A stretch of 64,000 nucleotides of DNA from Dudresnaya verticillata. Lineage: Eukaryota. Within the stretch, counting starts at the first letter, position 1; every line of letters starts with the position of its first letter. Positions 45,200 to 57,908 of this stretch are shown here, one piece after another. The notes below the pieces were generated by a model. That model was not told where the DNA came from and searched no databases. It worked only from the letters and a program-made list of their open reading frames with translations. Where the stretch lies: positions 3,410,001-3,474,000 of the forward strand of contig OZ374558.1 in assembly GCA_977862235.1 (NCBI GenBank), given 5' to 3'. Position numbers and translations under genes: made by a program.

Positions 45200-45682
45200 T
45201 TACAATTTGCTAACAGCCTTCTCCGCAAAGGGGTCACCAACCGCTGCCTTCTTCATAGCTTCCAGAGCCAACGTTGGGCACCTGCACGTTCCACTTACAA
45301 TACCAGCTAGTTTTCTCGCTTCTGATGAAGACGTGACAGTGTCCTTATTCACCATCTCCAGTGCTCTAGCAGGGTCCGCCTCTCTTGCGCGGAAGCGCTT
45401 GGCAAGTCGTTTTGCTTCAATAACAGCATAATGAGGAGCCAAACACTCGTCCTTCATTGCCACTTGCAGCGCCTCTATCCCAGCTTTGAGATGGTCCCCA
45501 CCGACGGCTACCGTCAACAGTAGTCAACGTGCAAAGTGCTGCTTTTGCATGACTGTCGCTCGTCGAGGCTTGCACCATCACGGAAGCTGAACCCCGAACA
45601 CATTGCGGCGCGTTTTCAGTCAACCATATAACCTCGACCTTGATCTGGTGAACTTCCGGGGCATCAAAAAGTGGGCCCTGCG
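45200..45682 (-). pseudogene. C-terminal part of zinc-metalloprotease pseudogene (downstream of Copia insertion)
   Basis: Removing the Copia element and one TSD joins TLLRGAQ to GPLFDAPEVHQIKVEVIW in frame; later VAVGGDHL...LAPHYAVIEAKRLA after a frameshift. Confidence 0.8.
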
Positions 45683-46084
45683 AATGAAAACATTAATTGT
45701 CCTACGGTCGTATGCATACTGATGCAATCATTCTACAGTCGTATGCATACTGATGAAATGGATCTACAGTCGTATTAATACTGCAGATACTATTCTACGG
45801 TCGTATTCATGCTGACGAACCATGCTTATGTTTTATGTAGTTGTATTCACAATGGTTCTCAGTGAGCACTTTCTTCTAACTTTAGTCAACGGTCGTTTTA
45901 CATTTTAGAGGCAGTCTTCGCCTGCCTATAAGTACCGCCTAGTTCTCTCTTGTTCTACCCTCTCAACAGGACAACATTTTATCTACACAACACAATCTGA
46001 TCTACTCTGTTCTGTAAATCTACTGTTCATCTGATACCGCTGCTACTGCCAACTTGCTACTGATCCAAATACCATTCCTTTATT
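45683..46084 (+). repeat. Copia 5' LTR
   Basis: AATGAAAAC...CCTTTATT; four ~31-bp ctac.gtcgtat..at.ctg subrepeats in U3; TATAAG near 45927. Confidence 0.95.
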
Positions 46085-46097
46085 GTTATGGGCCCAG
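46085..46097 (+). promoter_or_regulatory. Primer-binding site, half-tRNAiMet (hemivirus) type
   Basis: GTTATGGGCCCAG directly after the LTR matches the Drosophila copia PBS GGTTATGGGCCCAG (recalled). Confidence 0.8.
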
Positions 46098-49000
46098 GCT
46101 CATCATCGGCGTATCTGCCGACTCGCCCAAGGTCTTCTTGGGATATCAAAAATGTTCGTTGGACAGATGGCAAAGGCAACCAAGAAGAGTACTCACTCTC
46201 TGTTTCTTTATGGAATGCTTTCCATAACAGGCTCCCAGACTCTAACTCAAACAAGATACCCACGGAACTTCGTGGTATAATGCTTCAGTCCCAGCTTTAT
46301 GGAAGAGCAAAAGATCTATGCAAATCCATTCCCGATACTGAGATCCAATCTGCTACTGGCTCAGAAGCTGTGGTGAATGCTGTATACAAATGAGATGCAC
46401 TCTCGGTTGTCAGTGAAGTTTACCAAAACTTTATTGCCCTATTGAGTACCAAGCGCGGAACCACGGAGACATACAAAAACTTCGAATCAAGATTCGAGGC
46501 TCAAGTTTCCAGATTCAATGCTGGCTCCAGTACAACAAAGCTCCCAGAAGCCCTTACTGCTTTTATGCTACTTGCAAATTCTGCCGTGGATAACGGTCAA
46601 AGAGTTTCTGTTCTTGCAGCAGCTTCGAACAACACAAATATAGCTCCTACAGCTACAACTGATGATTTTCTCGATTCAGTTTCATACGAGAAAGTAGCTT
46701 CTGTTCTAAGGCAGTGTGACCAAGTCATGACTGAGAATATTCGTCCCCTGTCTGCAAATGCTGTGAACACTCAGTTCAAAAGACCGAACTTCCCAAGGAA
46801 TCGCAGAAGGCTTACACCTGATCAGCTTGCAGATCTTAAAAGCCGCAGCAAATGTCGTAAGTGTCACAAATTCGGACACTGGCACTCTGATCACACAGAT
46901 GACGGTAAACGCAAGCCTGGTGTCAAGTCTACTGATAATCCTGCTCCTTCTGATGCAAAACCGAACACACAACCACCGAAGAAAACCATGACCTTCAACA
47001 TGGGTCATCTACTCGATTCCCACAATGAGATAAGCGAAGACTTTACAGGCCCCTTACTTGATGACGGTGGTCCGTACAGTGGTCTAGGGATGTCCGAGTT
47101 TATGATACTGCAGCCCATTATCCTACCGGACTGGGAAGGCAATCTGGACCCTATACCCCAACAGCTTCAGTCTTGTGCCTTTTGGCAGTACGGTGCAGGG
47201 CAACACTCCAGTGAGGCAAGGAGAATTCTCGGATCGATCACTTTAATGGCTCGCACTGATAAGAACAACCTGGTGTCTATCCGACACCTAATCATTGAAG
47301 GCTCCTCGCAATGGATTATCGGCCGTAATGTCACGAAGCATTGTGACATTGTTCATGTTGGCGATAACAGGCTCGTTATGCCAACATCTGAAGATTCAAT
47401 CGGTCTCCAAGACAATGGATTCCACAGTTACATACCCTATAACGTATTTCTACCGAACAGTTCCAACCTGTCATCCCGTGTCACGAACAAGTTCTATTGT
47501 GCCACTGCTCAGATCAACCAAAACCATGACACTCGTCCCTTTGGAGACATCAAGAAGATTGTTGATAAGGTCCATCAACACGTCTGTGGACACTCTTCTT
47601 ATTCTGATATCAAGATATTGCTCCAGCGAAACAAAATTTGGAATGCTGAAGTACAGAAATATTTGTCCCGTGTCCTGGATAGATGCTCAAGTTGTTTAAC
47701 TACTTCTCAACCGAAAGATACCCGGAAGGTCTCACTAAGCTCCATGAGCAGGAACTTTAACGACGTTGTATGCATTGATCATTTCCACCTTGATATGAAC
47801 CGTGTGTTTCATCTCATGGACTCTGCTTCAAGATATTCGACCGGCGATGTTGTAAGCACTATGACTATGACGGAAGCTATTAATTGTTTTGAATCTCTAT
47901 GGATAACACCATTCTGGACCCCCAAATGTGTTCTATTTGACCAAGCGTTCAACAACACCGAGTTCATACATTATCTGAAAAGTCAAGACATTGAAACTCG
48001 CCCTATACCTCCGCGTCGCCACAACAAAAATGTCATTGAATCTAAGCACAGAGTTATTCGAGATGTCTACCTACGCCTGAAAGAAGGATGTACAAATGAC
48101 TCTGCTGAGCACCAAAGACTCCTAGTGCAGCAGGCACTACGAATATCAAATGATCTGTACGGAAATGACGTATGTTCTGCTCATGAGTTGGCGAAAGGCT
48201 ATACGAGACCTATAACATCCGGAGAATTTCCTGCACAAGTTCCTGAAGAAATTTCCAAGGCCCACGATGACCTCATGGCTAAGCGAAAATTAACCCGCAT
48301 CCTTCACTCCAAGTCAACTGCTGATATACCATTCAATGTTGGAGATACCGTACAAGTTTATATCAAAGAACAAAATGCCAAGCGCGGCAAGTGGTCATCT
48401 CCGAAGGTGATTTTATCGTTCGATAAAACGTCTGGAACCATTTCAGTTCCTGGAAAACGTGGACGCCAAGTCCAAGCAGCTGTTGAAGATGTCCGTCCTG
48501 CCCTACCTGTGGATACACTAGGCAGTTCCATCCAAGAAGCAATTGATGCTCTCTCCAAAAGTCTGGATGACAGCATTGATGAGCTCTGTTCTAAAGAAGA
48601 TGTGGCATCAAATGAAGAGCTTGAGACTACCACTATAGAGGAGGTTGGATACGAAAACGATGACGGAGATATTCTCAGCTCACACCCCGACGTTGGTGAC
48701 GTCATTGATGTATATTGGCCCCTCGACGATATGTTCTACACTGGAAAAGTGGCATCAATTAACGAAGATGACAACCAGTACAACATTGATTACAATGATG
48801 GTGACAAAGAATGTCTCAAGTTATCGGATGAGACCTGGCGCTATAGCTCGGATGAAGCAATAGCAACCAACAACGTACAAATATCAGATCAAACGCTCAC
48901 AAGTTCTCTGCAAGAGGTTCTTGGGTCGTATACTCTTGCCTTCGGTCACAAAGATTTTATGCGCTACCAGGCTCAAGGGCTACCAACGTTTCCATTGTTA

Positions 49001-50530
49001 AATGCTTACAAAAAAGAAGAAGAGGCATTTAAGAAAACAGTCAAGATGGTCCATGCTTCTGATATCCCAAAGCATGCAAATGTCATCACAAGCCATGTGA
49101 TATACAAAGTTAAGAATAATGATGATGGCTCGATGAAAATGAAAGCACGCATAGCGCCACATGGTAACAAGGACAAAGAACGCTTTCAGTTGAAAACAGA
49201 CTCTTCAACCTGTCCGCCAACTGGTATTCGCATTTTGCTGTCCCTCGCTGCTCAGTTCAAGTGGTTCTTGGCCAAGATCGATTTTAAGAGCGCGTTTCTG
49301 CAAACAGGAGAAGCAAAGCGAGACGTCTATGTCGTTCCGCCACGAGAAAGCGACGACAAGCAGCACTATTGGTTGTTGCTGACTGCAGCATATGGTCTTG
49401 TGAACGCCAATGCTAAGTGGCAGGAACAAAGTGACAATTTCTTAACATCGATCGGTCTCCGCCAACTCGTTTATGTTCCACAGTTGTTTTACAAGAAGGA
49501 CGCAATTGGTTCATTGCAACTCGTTGCTGTCAAAATTGTGGACGATGTACTCTTTGCTGGTGACCAGTCAACTGTTCGGTCAACTATTGGAAAGATACAG
49601 GAGCGCTATGAGCTCGGGACAATTGTTTACGGTCCGGGCTCGTTCCTTTTCTTTGGCCTCCACATTGCTCAAGATGATGAATGCTCTATAAGGATACAAG
49701 CTGATGACAAGTTGGAAAACTTAAACTGCTACCCCATTGATCGACAAAGAAGAAAGCAAGGAGATGAAGTTCTAAATGCTGTCGAAACTAGTTCCTTCCG
49801 ATCAGTCAACAGCTCGATTGGATGGCTTGGAATTGCCGCGTCGCCATTCTGTGCCTTCTATGCCAGTCATTTACAGCAGAAGGTACCTCAAACCACTGTA
49901 CACGATATGATCTCTCAAATCAACTCTTTGAGACTGCTGCAAAAACTTGGAAGTACCATCATGTACAAGCGACCAGCAGATAAGAAAGAGTACCCTCTAT
50001 CCGTTCTGATGTTTGCAGACGCTAGTCGCAGTTCTGACTATGGCCAGCTTGGTTTCATATCAGGTCTACTTATCGGTGACTTCGAAATGGGTTCTATATT
50101 CCATACACTTTCATGGTGTTCACACAAGTCAAAGAGACCAGTCAAATCTATTGGAGCTGCAGAAATACTAGCGTCTGGTGAAGCAATCGATGAAGGCAAA
50201 GTTCTGGTTAGTGCCTACAAGACGCTTCTCGACGTTGAAGTTGACCTGATGGTCGCTCTTGACTCCAAGGATTTATATGAGACTTTATCAACCTGCCGCA
50301 ACTCCATTGATCGCTCTATTCGGGCAGATGTCAGCGTCATTCGATATGAGTTTGAGCCGCACAAAGTGAATCGCATCATCTGGATTCCTGGCAAGACCAA
50401 CCTTGCAGATCCACTCACTAATGCTAACAGCCCGCTTGTTCAACCCTTACAGCTGACAATGTTTTCTGGAGAGCTCAGCATGAACTTGACAGATAATCTC
50501 TTTCGCAACTCAAACCAGTTCACTGGTTAG
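46088..50530 (+). CDS. Copia gag-pol polyprotein with one in-frame TGA (46391-46393)
   Basis: ORFs 46088-46393 and 46442-50530 share a frame. Zn knuckle CRKCHKFGHWHSDH; PR LLDDGG; IN HQHVCGH..CSSC and D-D-E; RT KARIAPHG, IDFKSAFLQ, AYGL, IVDD; RH FADAS and NLADPLT. Confidence 0.9.
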
Positions 50531-50538
50531 ACTCAGCT

Positions 50539-50554
50539 AAGAAAGCGGGAGGAG
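50539..50554 (+). other. Polypurine tract of Copia
   Basis: AAGAAAGCGGGAGGAG abuts the 3' LTR. Confidence 0.85.
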
Positions 50555-50956
50555 AATGAAAACATTAATTGTCCTACGGTCGTATGCATACTGATGCAAT
50601 CATTCTACAGTCGTATGCATACTGATGAAATGGATCTACAGTCGTATTAATACTGCAGATACTATTCTACGGTCGTATTCATGCTGACGAACCATGCTTA
50701 TGTTTTATGTAGTTGTATTCACAATGGTTCTCAGTGAGCACTTTCTTCTAACTTTAGTCAACGGTCGTTTTACATTTTAGAGGCAGTCTTCGCCTGCCTA
50801 TAAGTACCGCCTAGTTCTCTCTTGTTCTACCCTCTCAACAGGACAACATTTTATCTACACAACACAATCTGATCTACTCTGTTCTGTAAATCTACTGTTC
50901 ATCTGATACCGCTGCTACTGCCAACTTGCTACTGATCCAAATACCATTCCTTTATT
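50555..50956 (+). repeat. Copia 3' LTR
   Basis: Identical by eye to 45683-46084. Confidence 0.95.
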
Positions 50957-52484
50957 CTGCGCGCCTCGTAGTAGAGTCAGGTCACTTTGGATAAAGTCTC
51001 CACTTTGGATTGTTCGATGTACGTGATCGTCAACGCAATGCATTAATGTCCGGAAGTCGCGCTTGACCCCTCCAGGCCCGATCACATAGCCGCGAACATG
51101 GCCAGACTTAAGAGAGAGCGAAGACGGCACCTGCTGTGCAGCATCGCCTTCGTTGCGCAATAACACCTTCGCCCGAACAGGCGCACCAATCGGCACAGCT
51201 GCCAAGAGCGGCTTAACCTCAAGGAAGAGATCTTGAGCTCGGTCTAGTCGGTCCAGGGGAGTTATGGGCACGGTGTCATACGGCCGACCGAAGGGGATCA
51301 TTCCTGGGCGTACCCAGGGATCAGGCATGTGCCGCAAACGCTTCTCGTCATCACCATTGAAGGATCACTGAATATTCGCAGGGAAAGTCCCAGCGGAGTC
51401 GGCGATAACGCCTGTTGTATTCATGAACCCGTTGTCAGCGGTGTTGTGTTACAGCCCCAAGGCGTGACCAAGTTCGTTTACCGCCGTCCGGAAGTATGGT
51501 GCTGGGGAAGCTCCGAATCGCTGCCCGGCGACCGTCCCCCATCGTTTGATCGTGTTTGGAATAACCCAGTGTGAGGATAAGCCTGCCCCTTCCCGAGGAA
51601 CGTTGTTCGAATCCGAGCCATAGGCATCATACATGATGGATGCCCCTTGAAGTCGTGTCAATTCGTCGAACACAGATTATATGATAGCGCCACTCTTTAT
51701 CGAGCTCGTCTCGATCACGGTATTCGAGCATCGCTGCATGCATCTCTGCGTCCGACCAAGAATTGCCAGTCGGTTCTTCAACGTTTTTATCGCTGTCGTA
51801 TACCCACATGTCCCAATCCACTGTATCGAAAACTCTCTTCCAGTCCACGCCTGAGCCGCTGCTGGCTGGGAATTCTGATACGGAAACACGGTCGACCTCA
51901 AGAGTTGCCTTGCGCAGATACTTGGAAACCCATCCAAGAGCCATGTCGCCGGCCGCGGTGCCAGACGTGTGACTGACTTCTCCTTCTGCGTATGGCGTTC
52001 CCGGCATGTAATTTGTTGGTGCTGTTTTAAAGAACATATCGCTTGTAAAGCTGCCATCATTCGTCCACGTCCTGTCATCGGCATTGAGAGAATACCGGTC
52101 AAATGCGATACGGAACCTGTTTCCGACGGACCACCAGATAGGAGCAGCTGTGACGCGAAGATAGTAACGGTAAGAGTCCCTGGGAAAGGTCGGGATACCA
52201 GAATTTGGACTTGGATCTGGGTTAGCTGTTGGGACGTGATAGAGGTCGCCGGAGACAGTGAGCTTGGTTCCGTCCCTCTCCACCCTCACTACTCCGTTGA
52301 ACCTGTGAGTTTTGTCTTCTTTAGGATACCACTGGGCAAAGTAGCAGCCGTGGCGCAAGAAGGGGAAGCTTGGAATCTGATGCGGCGGAAGAGAACCTAA
52401 AGAAGCAACCGGGGGTGAGTCTTGCTGCGAGGTGTTTTCATCAGTAGTCAGGCGGACTGGAATAGGTAGAGGTGGGCTCGTCAT
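50957..52484 (-). pseudogene. Bacterial/fungal-type metzincin-like zinc metalloprotease pseudogene, N-terminal part
   Basis: RTAVNELGHALGL*HN (HExxHxxGxxH with H>N), GFMNTT Met-turn-like, RLRHMPD..VRPG. 4-bp CATC duplication frameshift at about 51636; stops at 51449 and about 51367. Confidence 0.8.
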
Positions 52485-54475
52485 TTTGTTGCAGAGATAG
52501 TGTATATCGCCACAATCCTGTTCGGATCTGTGCAATCACTGGGAAAAACGGGAAACGGGAATCAGAATGATGATCGAGTTGTACGAACGTTGAGAACAGA
52601 AAAGGAGAGATCAGGACAAAGCGCTAGTTGGTAGAGTAGGAAGCTTTATTTGGATGGCAGGAAAAAGGTCAACACTGTCTGAACAAACAGTGCTTTAATA
52701 GTGTTAGTATCCCTCCTCCACAACCGTAAAGCTGCCCCTTTTGCCCGTTTGGGGATTGAAAAGGTTCCCTTGATACGCTTTGCCGAGGCGGCATAGGGAC
52801 ATGTTTTCGTGTTAACGGACCCTTGTTCCACAAAGCCGAAGTTCGTTGATGGACCCTACCGTTGTTACAATTAGCATCACTTACAGGCATCAATCGGGGG
52901 ATGGAGTAATAGGGCCCGAAAGAGGCCTGTGGGTCGACACACAACTTTCCAACGACAAATCGGGCTGAGGTTTGCAATAGTTACAGCTGTACAGTCGTTT
53001 TACTCTACTCATTCCATGGGCTATAGAACAATAACAAACTAGGCGTGGGCCACGCGCCGCTGAACAAGTTAGTCAGGGGTGTGGGTTGCGGTGTTGCGGT
53101 CCAAATCCGCAGTGCGGACGATTGCGACTACAGATGGCGACAATAGAGTTGGGATATGGGGGTTGAATGTGGAACAGGGGATGTTGAGGTCATCAACTTT
53201 CTTTACAGCTCGCAGCGATTGTAGCAAAGCTCTAGCGTCCCAAAATGATCTCATTTAGATGCCGCACAGGTAATTCTATTTGCTTTGCGATCCACGTGTG
53301 ATGCAGACGTCTAAAACCGGGACAGGTTCTTTAATGGGACACTCTCCTGGGCAGTGTCCACCATAAGAAGAGGTCGCAAAGCACGTAGTCTGGGTGTTCG
53401 TGGACAGTCAGAACCTCGACTTTATTAATTCATCATCATCATCACATCATTAATTTGGGATCTAAATACAGGTTTGCAGTAGAGAAATGCTTCCCACCCA
53501 CCCACATCCCGGAGTGGATCGCTCCTGCTGGCTATCCAGTGACACCTTGGGACGTTCCCAATTCCATCTGCGAATCCTTCCGGCACACGCCCAGCGAGTG
53601 CAAACACTTCGCCAGGACCTCTGTAACAGGGGAAGAAGGGGGATGTTTCACAGGGAAGAGGAGAGGCGCCCTCTTGATGGCAGGCCTCTCGCAATGTTAC
53701 AAATAATAATATGGACATGATCATTACTTCGTGGTCGATCAACGCCATATGCCCCTACCTTTTCCAGGTCAACCTTACAGCGCTATCCATCGTCATCACC
53801 GTACACACCTAATAAAAAATGTAGCTCCCCTTTAAACATATCCCACCGCCATAACGTATCGCTGCAGTTGCATTACGTCTGTTTACACTGCCTTCATTCT
53901 TCCTAGTTACAGAAGACCAGAAAAACATAATCTTGCAAAGAAAGGGTCATCTATTTCTCCTATGATGAAGACTACCCCCTCCCATATCCTATTTCTATCA
54001 CAATCATAACAGACTACGACATTTACTCAGAGAGTGAAACCATTTGAATAATGATGAGGGAGTGGGGCTGTTCTTGATGGTCGAGGTCAGCACCATAACA
54101 ATATGGAGAATGCATCTCTCATTTCATATCTCATCGTGGAATACGTTTCGATAATCCCGCAGTTCATGGACTATTAATTCCAGTCTATTGACCGGCTCTC
54201 CTTGTCTGAGCTGCCCAGCCTGTTTTGTTGCTTTCGCGGGCTCTCGCCTTTGAAACAAATAACGCATTGGGCATCTTATTGACCTTCTATGAAGTTTCGT
54301 TACCTCTCTCAATCACATTCACGAAATTCTCCCAATGCTATATAAGGAGACGAAACCTGTCCCAACTTCGCAGCGTTATTCTTACCTCCACACTTTTCAA
54401 GGCACCGATCAGGACGTTCTTCTCCAGATCAGCTACACTCCGTATTTAAAACGGTTCTTGGTAAATAAAACCACC

Positions 54476-55263
54476 ATGGGCATCCCGTTTTCGGCCGATG
54501 AGAAGGAGTACGCCATGCATCCAGTGGAAGTTAAGTCTGCTAATGAGTGGGCCCAGAGTATCCTAGGACAGGGAGGATGGTCCGCTTCAGCACCCGCCAG
54601 CGTTGGTTCAATAACGCCGTGAAGAGTATGGACGCTGTTGAGGATCCAAATGTTCGAGGCCTCTGGGGCGTCATTTGCGAAGGTACCATCAGCTCCACCA
54701 AGCTTGTTTCGTACGTCTGTGTTGGTGGCCCCGCAGCAAAATTTGTGGACGTCGCGGTATATCCACAGTCGTCTGGGGCAGAGCCTTCATACAAATACCA
54801 AGGATGGAATGGTCAGACTTTCACTGATGGCCAGGCAGTTGAGACGGCAGGGTACTACTGGTACCGTTACGCAGCAGATTGGAAGCAGCCGTTCCCAGCC
54901 AAATCTTCGGTTTTCTATGCAAAGACATACCGCCACCCTGACGACGGTTCCGATAAATCTTTCAAAGTTTGGGCGTTCGTTAATGACCCGGGAGCTGGCC
55001 GCCAGGAAGACCTTTTTCTTAACATTCCTGGTAGTGCACACCACAAGCAGATAACAAGAAGCGGGAGATTTATTGTGAATCGAAGAGAACGTGGAACCGG
55101 AACTTGGTATTCTGAGACTCGGTATGTTGTATTCGTCGCTAGTTGGGGCAGCAAGTGGTGGGTGGGTGATCTTGTGAATGGCGGAATGAGAACAGCTACT
55201 GTCGCAAATCGAGCAGACATCTGGTCCGCCAAGCCATCCAATTTCGAGGCGTTTTCGTCGTAG
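54476..55263 (+). pseudogene. Uncharacterised Trp/Tyr-rich protein gene with a 1-bp frameshift near 54598
   Basis: TATATAA near 54339, accaccATGg start, short frame then a long open second frame to TAG 55263. Confidence 0.55.
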
Positions 55264-55294
55264 CCATATACAGAGAGAAGGTGAACTTTATTCA

Positions 55295-55630
55295 GAGAGA
55301 GAGATATATATATATCAACTTTACTCAGGAATAACAAGAAGCTCCATAAGGGAGCTTAAGGACTGTCACTCAATAGAGGGGAGGACAGTTTGCCTAGATT
55401 GGCGCTGATAGCAACACATTGGAGGAGAAAAAGAGACACTAGACGAGTAGTAAGTAGAATATTTTCGGCAGAAGGGGAGGTACATTCTTTACAGCCACGA
55501 AAGAAGCAATACGCTGGATTCCACGTTCGAATCCGGTTCCAATGCGCCCATATATGTCCATCACCATGGGGATGGAGTTCAATCTCTAGACTGCCACAAA
55601 CCGTGCGACAGTGCGTGTTGCAGTGCTTCT
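55295..55630 (-). mobile_element. CRE-like element 3' end
   Basis: LHPHGDGHIWAH/LQCVAISANL-like remnant, 3' hairpin and (AT)n(CT)n tail; similar to 59982-60215. Confidence 0.7.
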
Positions 55631-56289
55631 TTATTCAGAAAAGAGATAAAGGCGCCAGGTCGCCGCGAGATATATTTGTATATACTGTATATTGATTCAT
55701 GACATGAAATACCATTTAGATTGACCTGACCGAGAGGTCCCAGTTAAAGAGCGCAATGTATTTTATAAAGGAATGAAAGAAGGTACGAGCTAGCAGTTCC
55801 TGGCCCAGATGCTATTCACACCCGTGCCCTGATGGAAGCACCCCAAGTGTACATACCGTTAGTGGCTGTGAATCACTTGTTCAACAGCTTTGCGTAAACT
55901 ACACAAAGCCACTCTAGAGTAATCTAACCCCAAGGGTGGGTGGGAGGAAAAAGAAACAGCGGAGCAGCGGAAACAGCTGGAGCTTGCAGGGAGCACCATT
56001 ACGAAGGGACGAGAATTATTATGGTTAGAAACATGGGTCAGCGCGTGTTTGTTGCCAATATGGGTGCCTGGGAACGAACTTATTGGTCGAATACCGCCCC
56101 CTCCCCACTCATCTTGTCAGTTTCTTCCTGCAGTACTGCACGTTTCTGTTAGACCGCTAACCGTCGTCGCCTTACAACGCTCTCTTTGAGTATGACCAGT
56201 CCTTCGAAGGCTACTTTGGACCTGCTGATTATTCTTTTTAGCAAGCATCCCTTGATTCTCAGCACCCCAGTCCTTCCTAGTAGTCTCGT

Positions 56290-57050
56290 TCCCTTATGGG
56301 ACCCCCTGTTGTAAAAAGAAAGGTTTTACGCCTTGGTTAAAGTGATGTCCCCCCCCCTCCCCCGTAAGAGGACTTTTCTGTTTCTAACACGGCGCTCAAC
56401 AAGCTTACGCCTGTTAACTGAGACCGCGACGCACTGTAACACTAACGAGGTAAGACGTGTGAGAAGCGAAACCTTCTCACTAGACCGAGAAGTACCCTTC
56501 CTCTCAGACAGGAAATTCGCGATATGTTGTGCACCGCAATCGAACCCGTGGCCAATGGTGCCATATATGTCCATAGCCATCGGATGTAGTTCAAAATGAT
56601 TGGCTTCACATAGCCTGTGGTAATGGCGGAACTAGTCCATCTCTCGAGATTGAACCGCATTATGTGCACGAGACGAAGAAAGAGAAGAGTATCGAGGAGG
56701 GGTGACGACCGAGTGTAACGCCAAATGCTTGAGGAGTGGGGGCGAAGCTACTGTCTTTTTCGAACATGTCCATACGAAGCTGATCGTGGCGAAGCTCAGG
56801 TGAATGGTTGGCGCGCCGGAGGTTTCGTTCAACACGGCGCCTCTCTGAAGCCGAATGAGCGGGATACGATGCAAGAGCACTTGGCATGTCTCCTTCTAGT
56901 AAAACGAGACCCTTTGCTATTTTCCAAGCCGCAAGCGAGCTCATGAATTTTCTGGAACATTCCAACGCTTCCAACAGCAAACACATCCGTCCGCCTTCGG
57001 AAAACAGCGAGGAGTCACGCTGCATCAGCCTCCTCACAAATCCCCTTCTT
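56290..57050 (-). mobile_element. CRE-like element RLE region
   Basis: LRMDMFEKDSSFAPTPQAFGVT; MAMDIYGTIGHGF...LQCVAVSVNRRKL; homologous to 37765-38500. Confidence 0.78.
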
Positions 57051-57423
57051 CGCTACTCGAAACACGATTCACGACTCCACCACTGTGATGACCAACGGGA
57101 AGCTTTTAAAGTAGTGCGGGGCTTACCACTTTCGGTTACGTGTACTGGTTACACCAATGCCTCTTCACTTTACCGCTTGATATTTCCCCACTTTGGTATC
57201 CAACCTCGTCAAGAGATACCTGCAATGCATCCAGTGCAAAGAGCTCAACAGTCTCAAACTAGCAACGTATAGAGGTGCTAGATGAGTGCATTAGACATGG
57301 GTATACACAGCAGACGCTACCCATAATGGGCTAAGTAGTGGTAGAGTCGTGGGTTACCATTCTATTTCTGAAGCACCACGACTTAGAGTGGAGTGGTAAG
57401 ACGGTAGTTGATACTGAATCCAT

Positions 57424-57908
57424 TCATTGTAGATGAATTTGGAAGCAGCCGAATGCAACGACTAACAAAGAGCAACGATACCACAATGCCATTCCCTCCA
57501 ACCATACCTCGAATGATCCATACGACATTTCCTCGACTACAGACCACTCTTCAATGTGTTCACGGTCTCTAGAACAATTCGGTGAACCAGGTTTTCCGTG
57601 TCCGCATCGCTGATATGAGTCGTCTGCAAATGTGTCCTCATTTCTTCCATGCCGTGGCACACCAGCCTACAGCGTCTCCACCCGCATCTGAGAATTCCTC
57701 TTGGAACAGAGTGCGGAGGTAAAGAAGTCCCTATCAGAACGTGCCCCTCGGGGAACCTGAAGTGCGTGTTGCAAATATGGGCCAGCAGAGTTCTTTTCTG
57801 CGTAAACCTGCAACTGCAGCCTGCCCACTGGCACTTGTACGGCTTCAGACTCCAATGAAAAGAGTAGTAGTGCTGCGAGGGAACAAGAAAGGAGAGCGCA
57901 TAAATCAA
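57424..57908 (-). mobile_element. Zinc-finger remnant, probably N-terminus of the same CRE-like element
   Basis: YKCQWAGCSCRFTQKRTLLAHICNTH C2H2 finger plus CGWRRC, upstream of the RLE piece on the same strand. Confidence 0.5.

Larger units (their letters stand above)
45683..50956 (+). mobile_element. Copia/Ty1 LTR retrotransposon, very recent, with Tudor-like domain and AAT...ATT LTR ends
   Basis: Two 402-bp LTRs identical by eye, 5-bp TSD CTGCG (45678-45682 and 50957-50961), PBS, PPT, gag-PR-IN-RT-RH order. Confidence 0.96.

Noticed and set aside
45750..45830. CTGATGA/CTGACGA motifs in the Copia LTR as hammerhead cores
   Set aside because: No stem II followed by GAAA; they belong to the U3 subrepeats.
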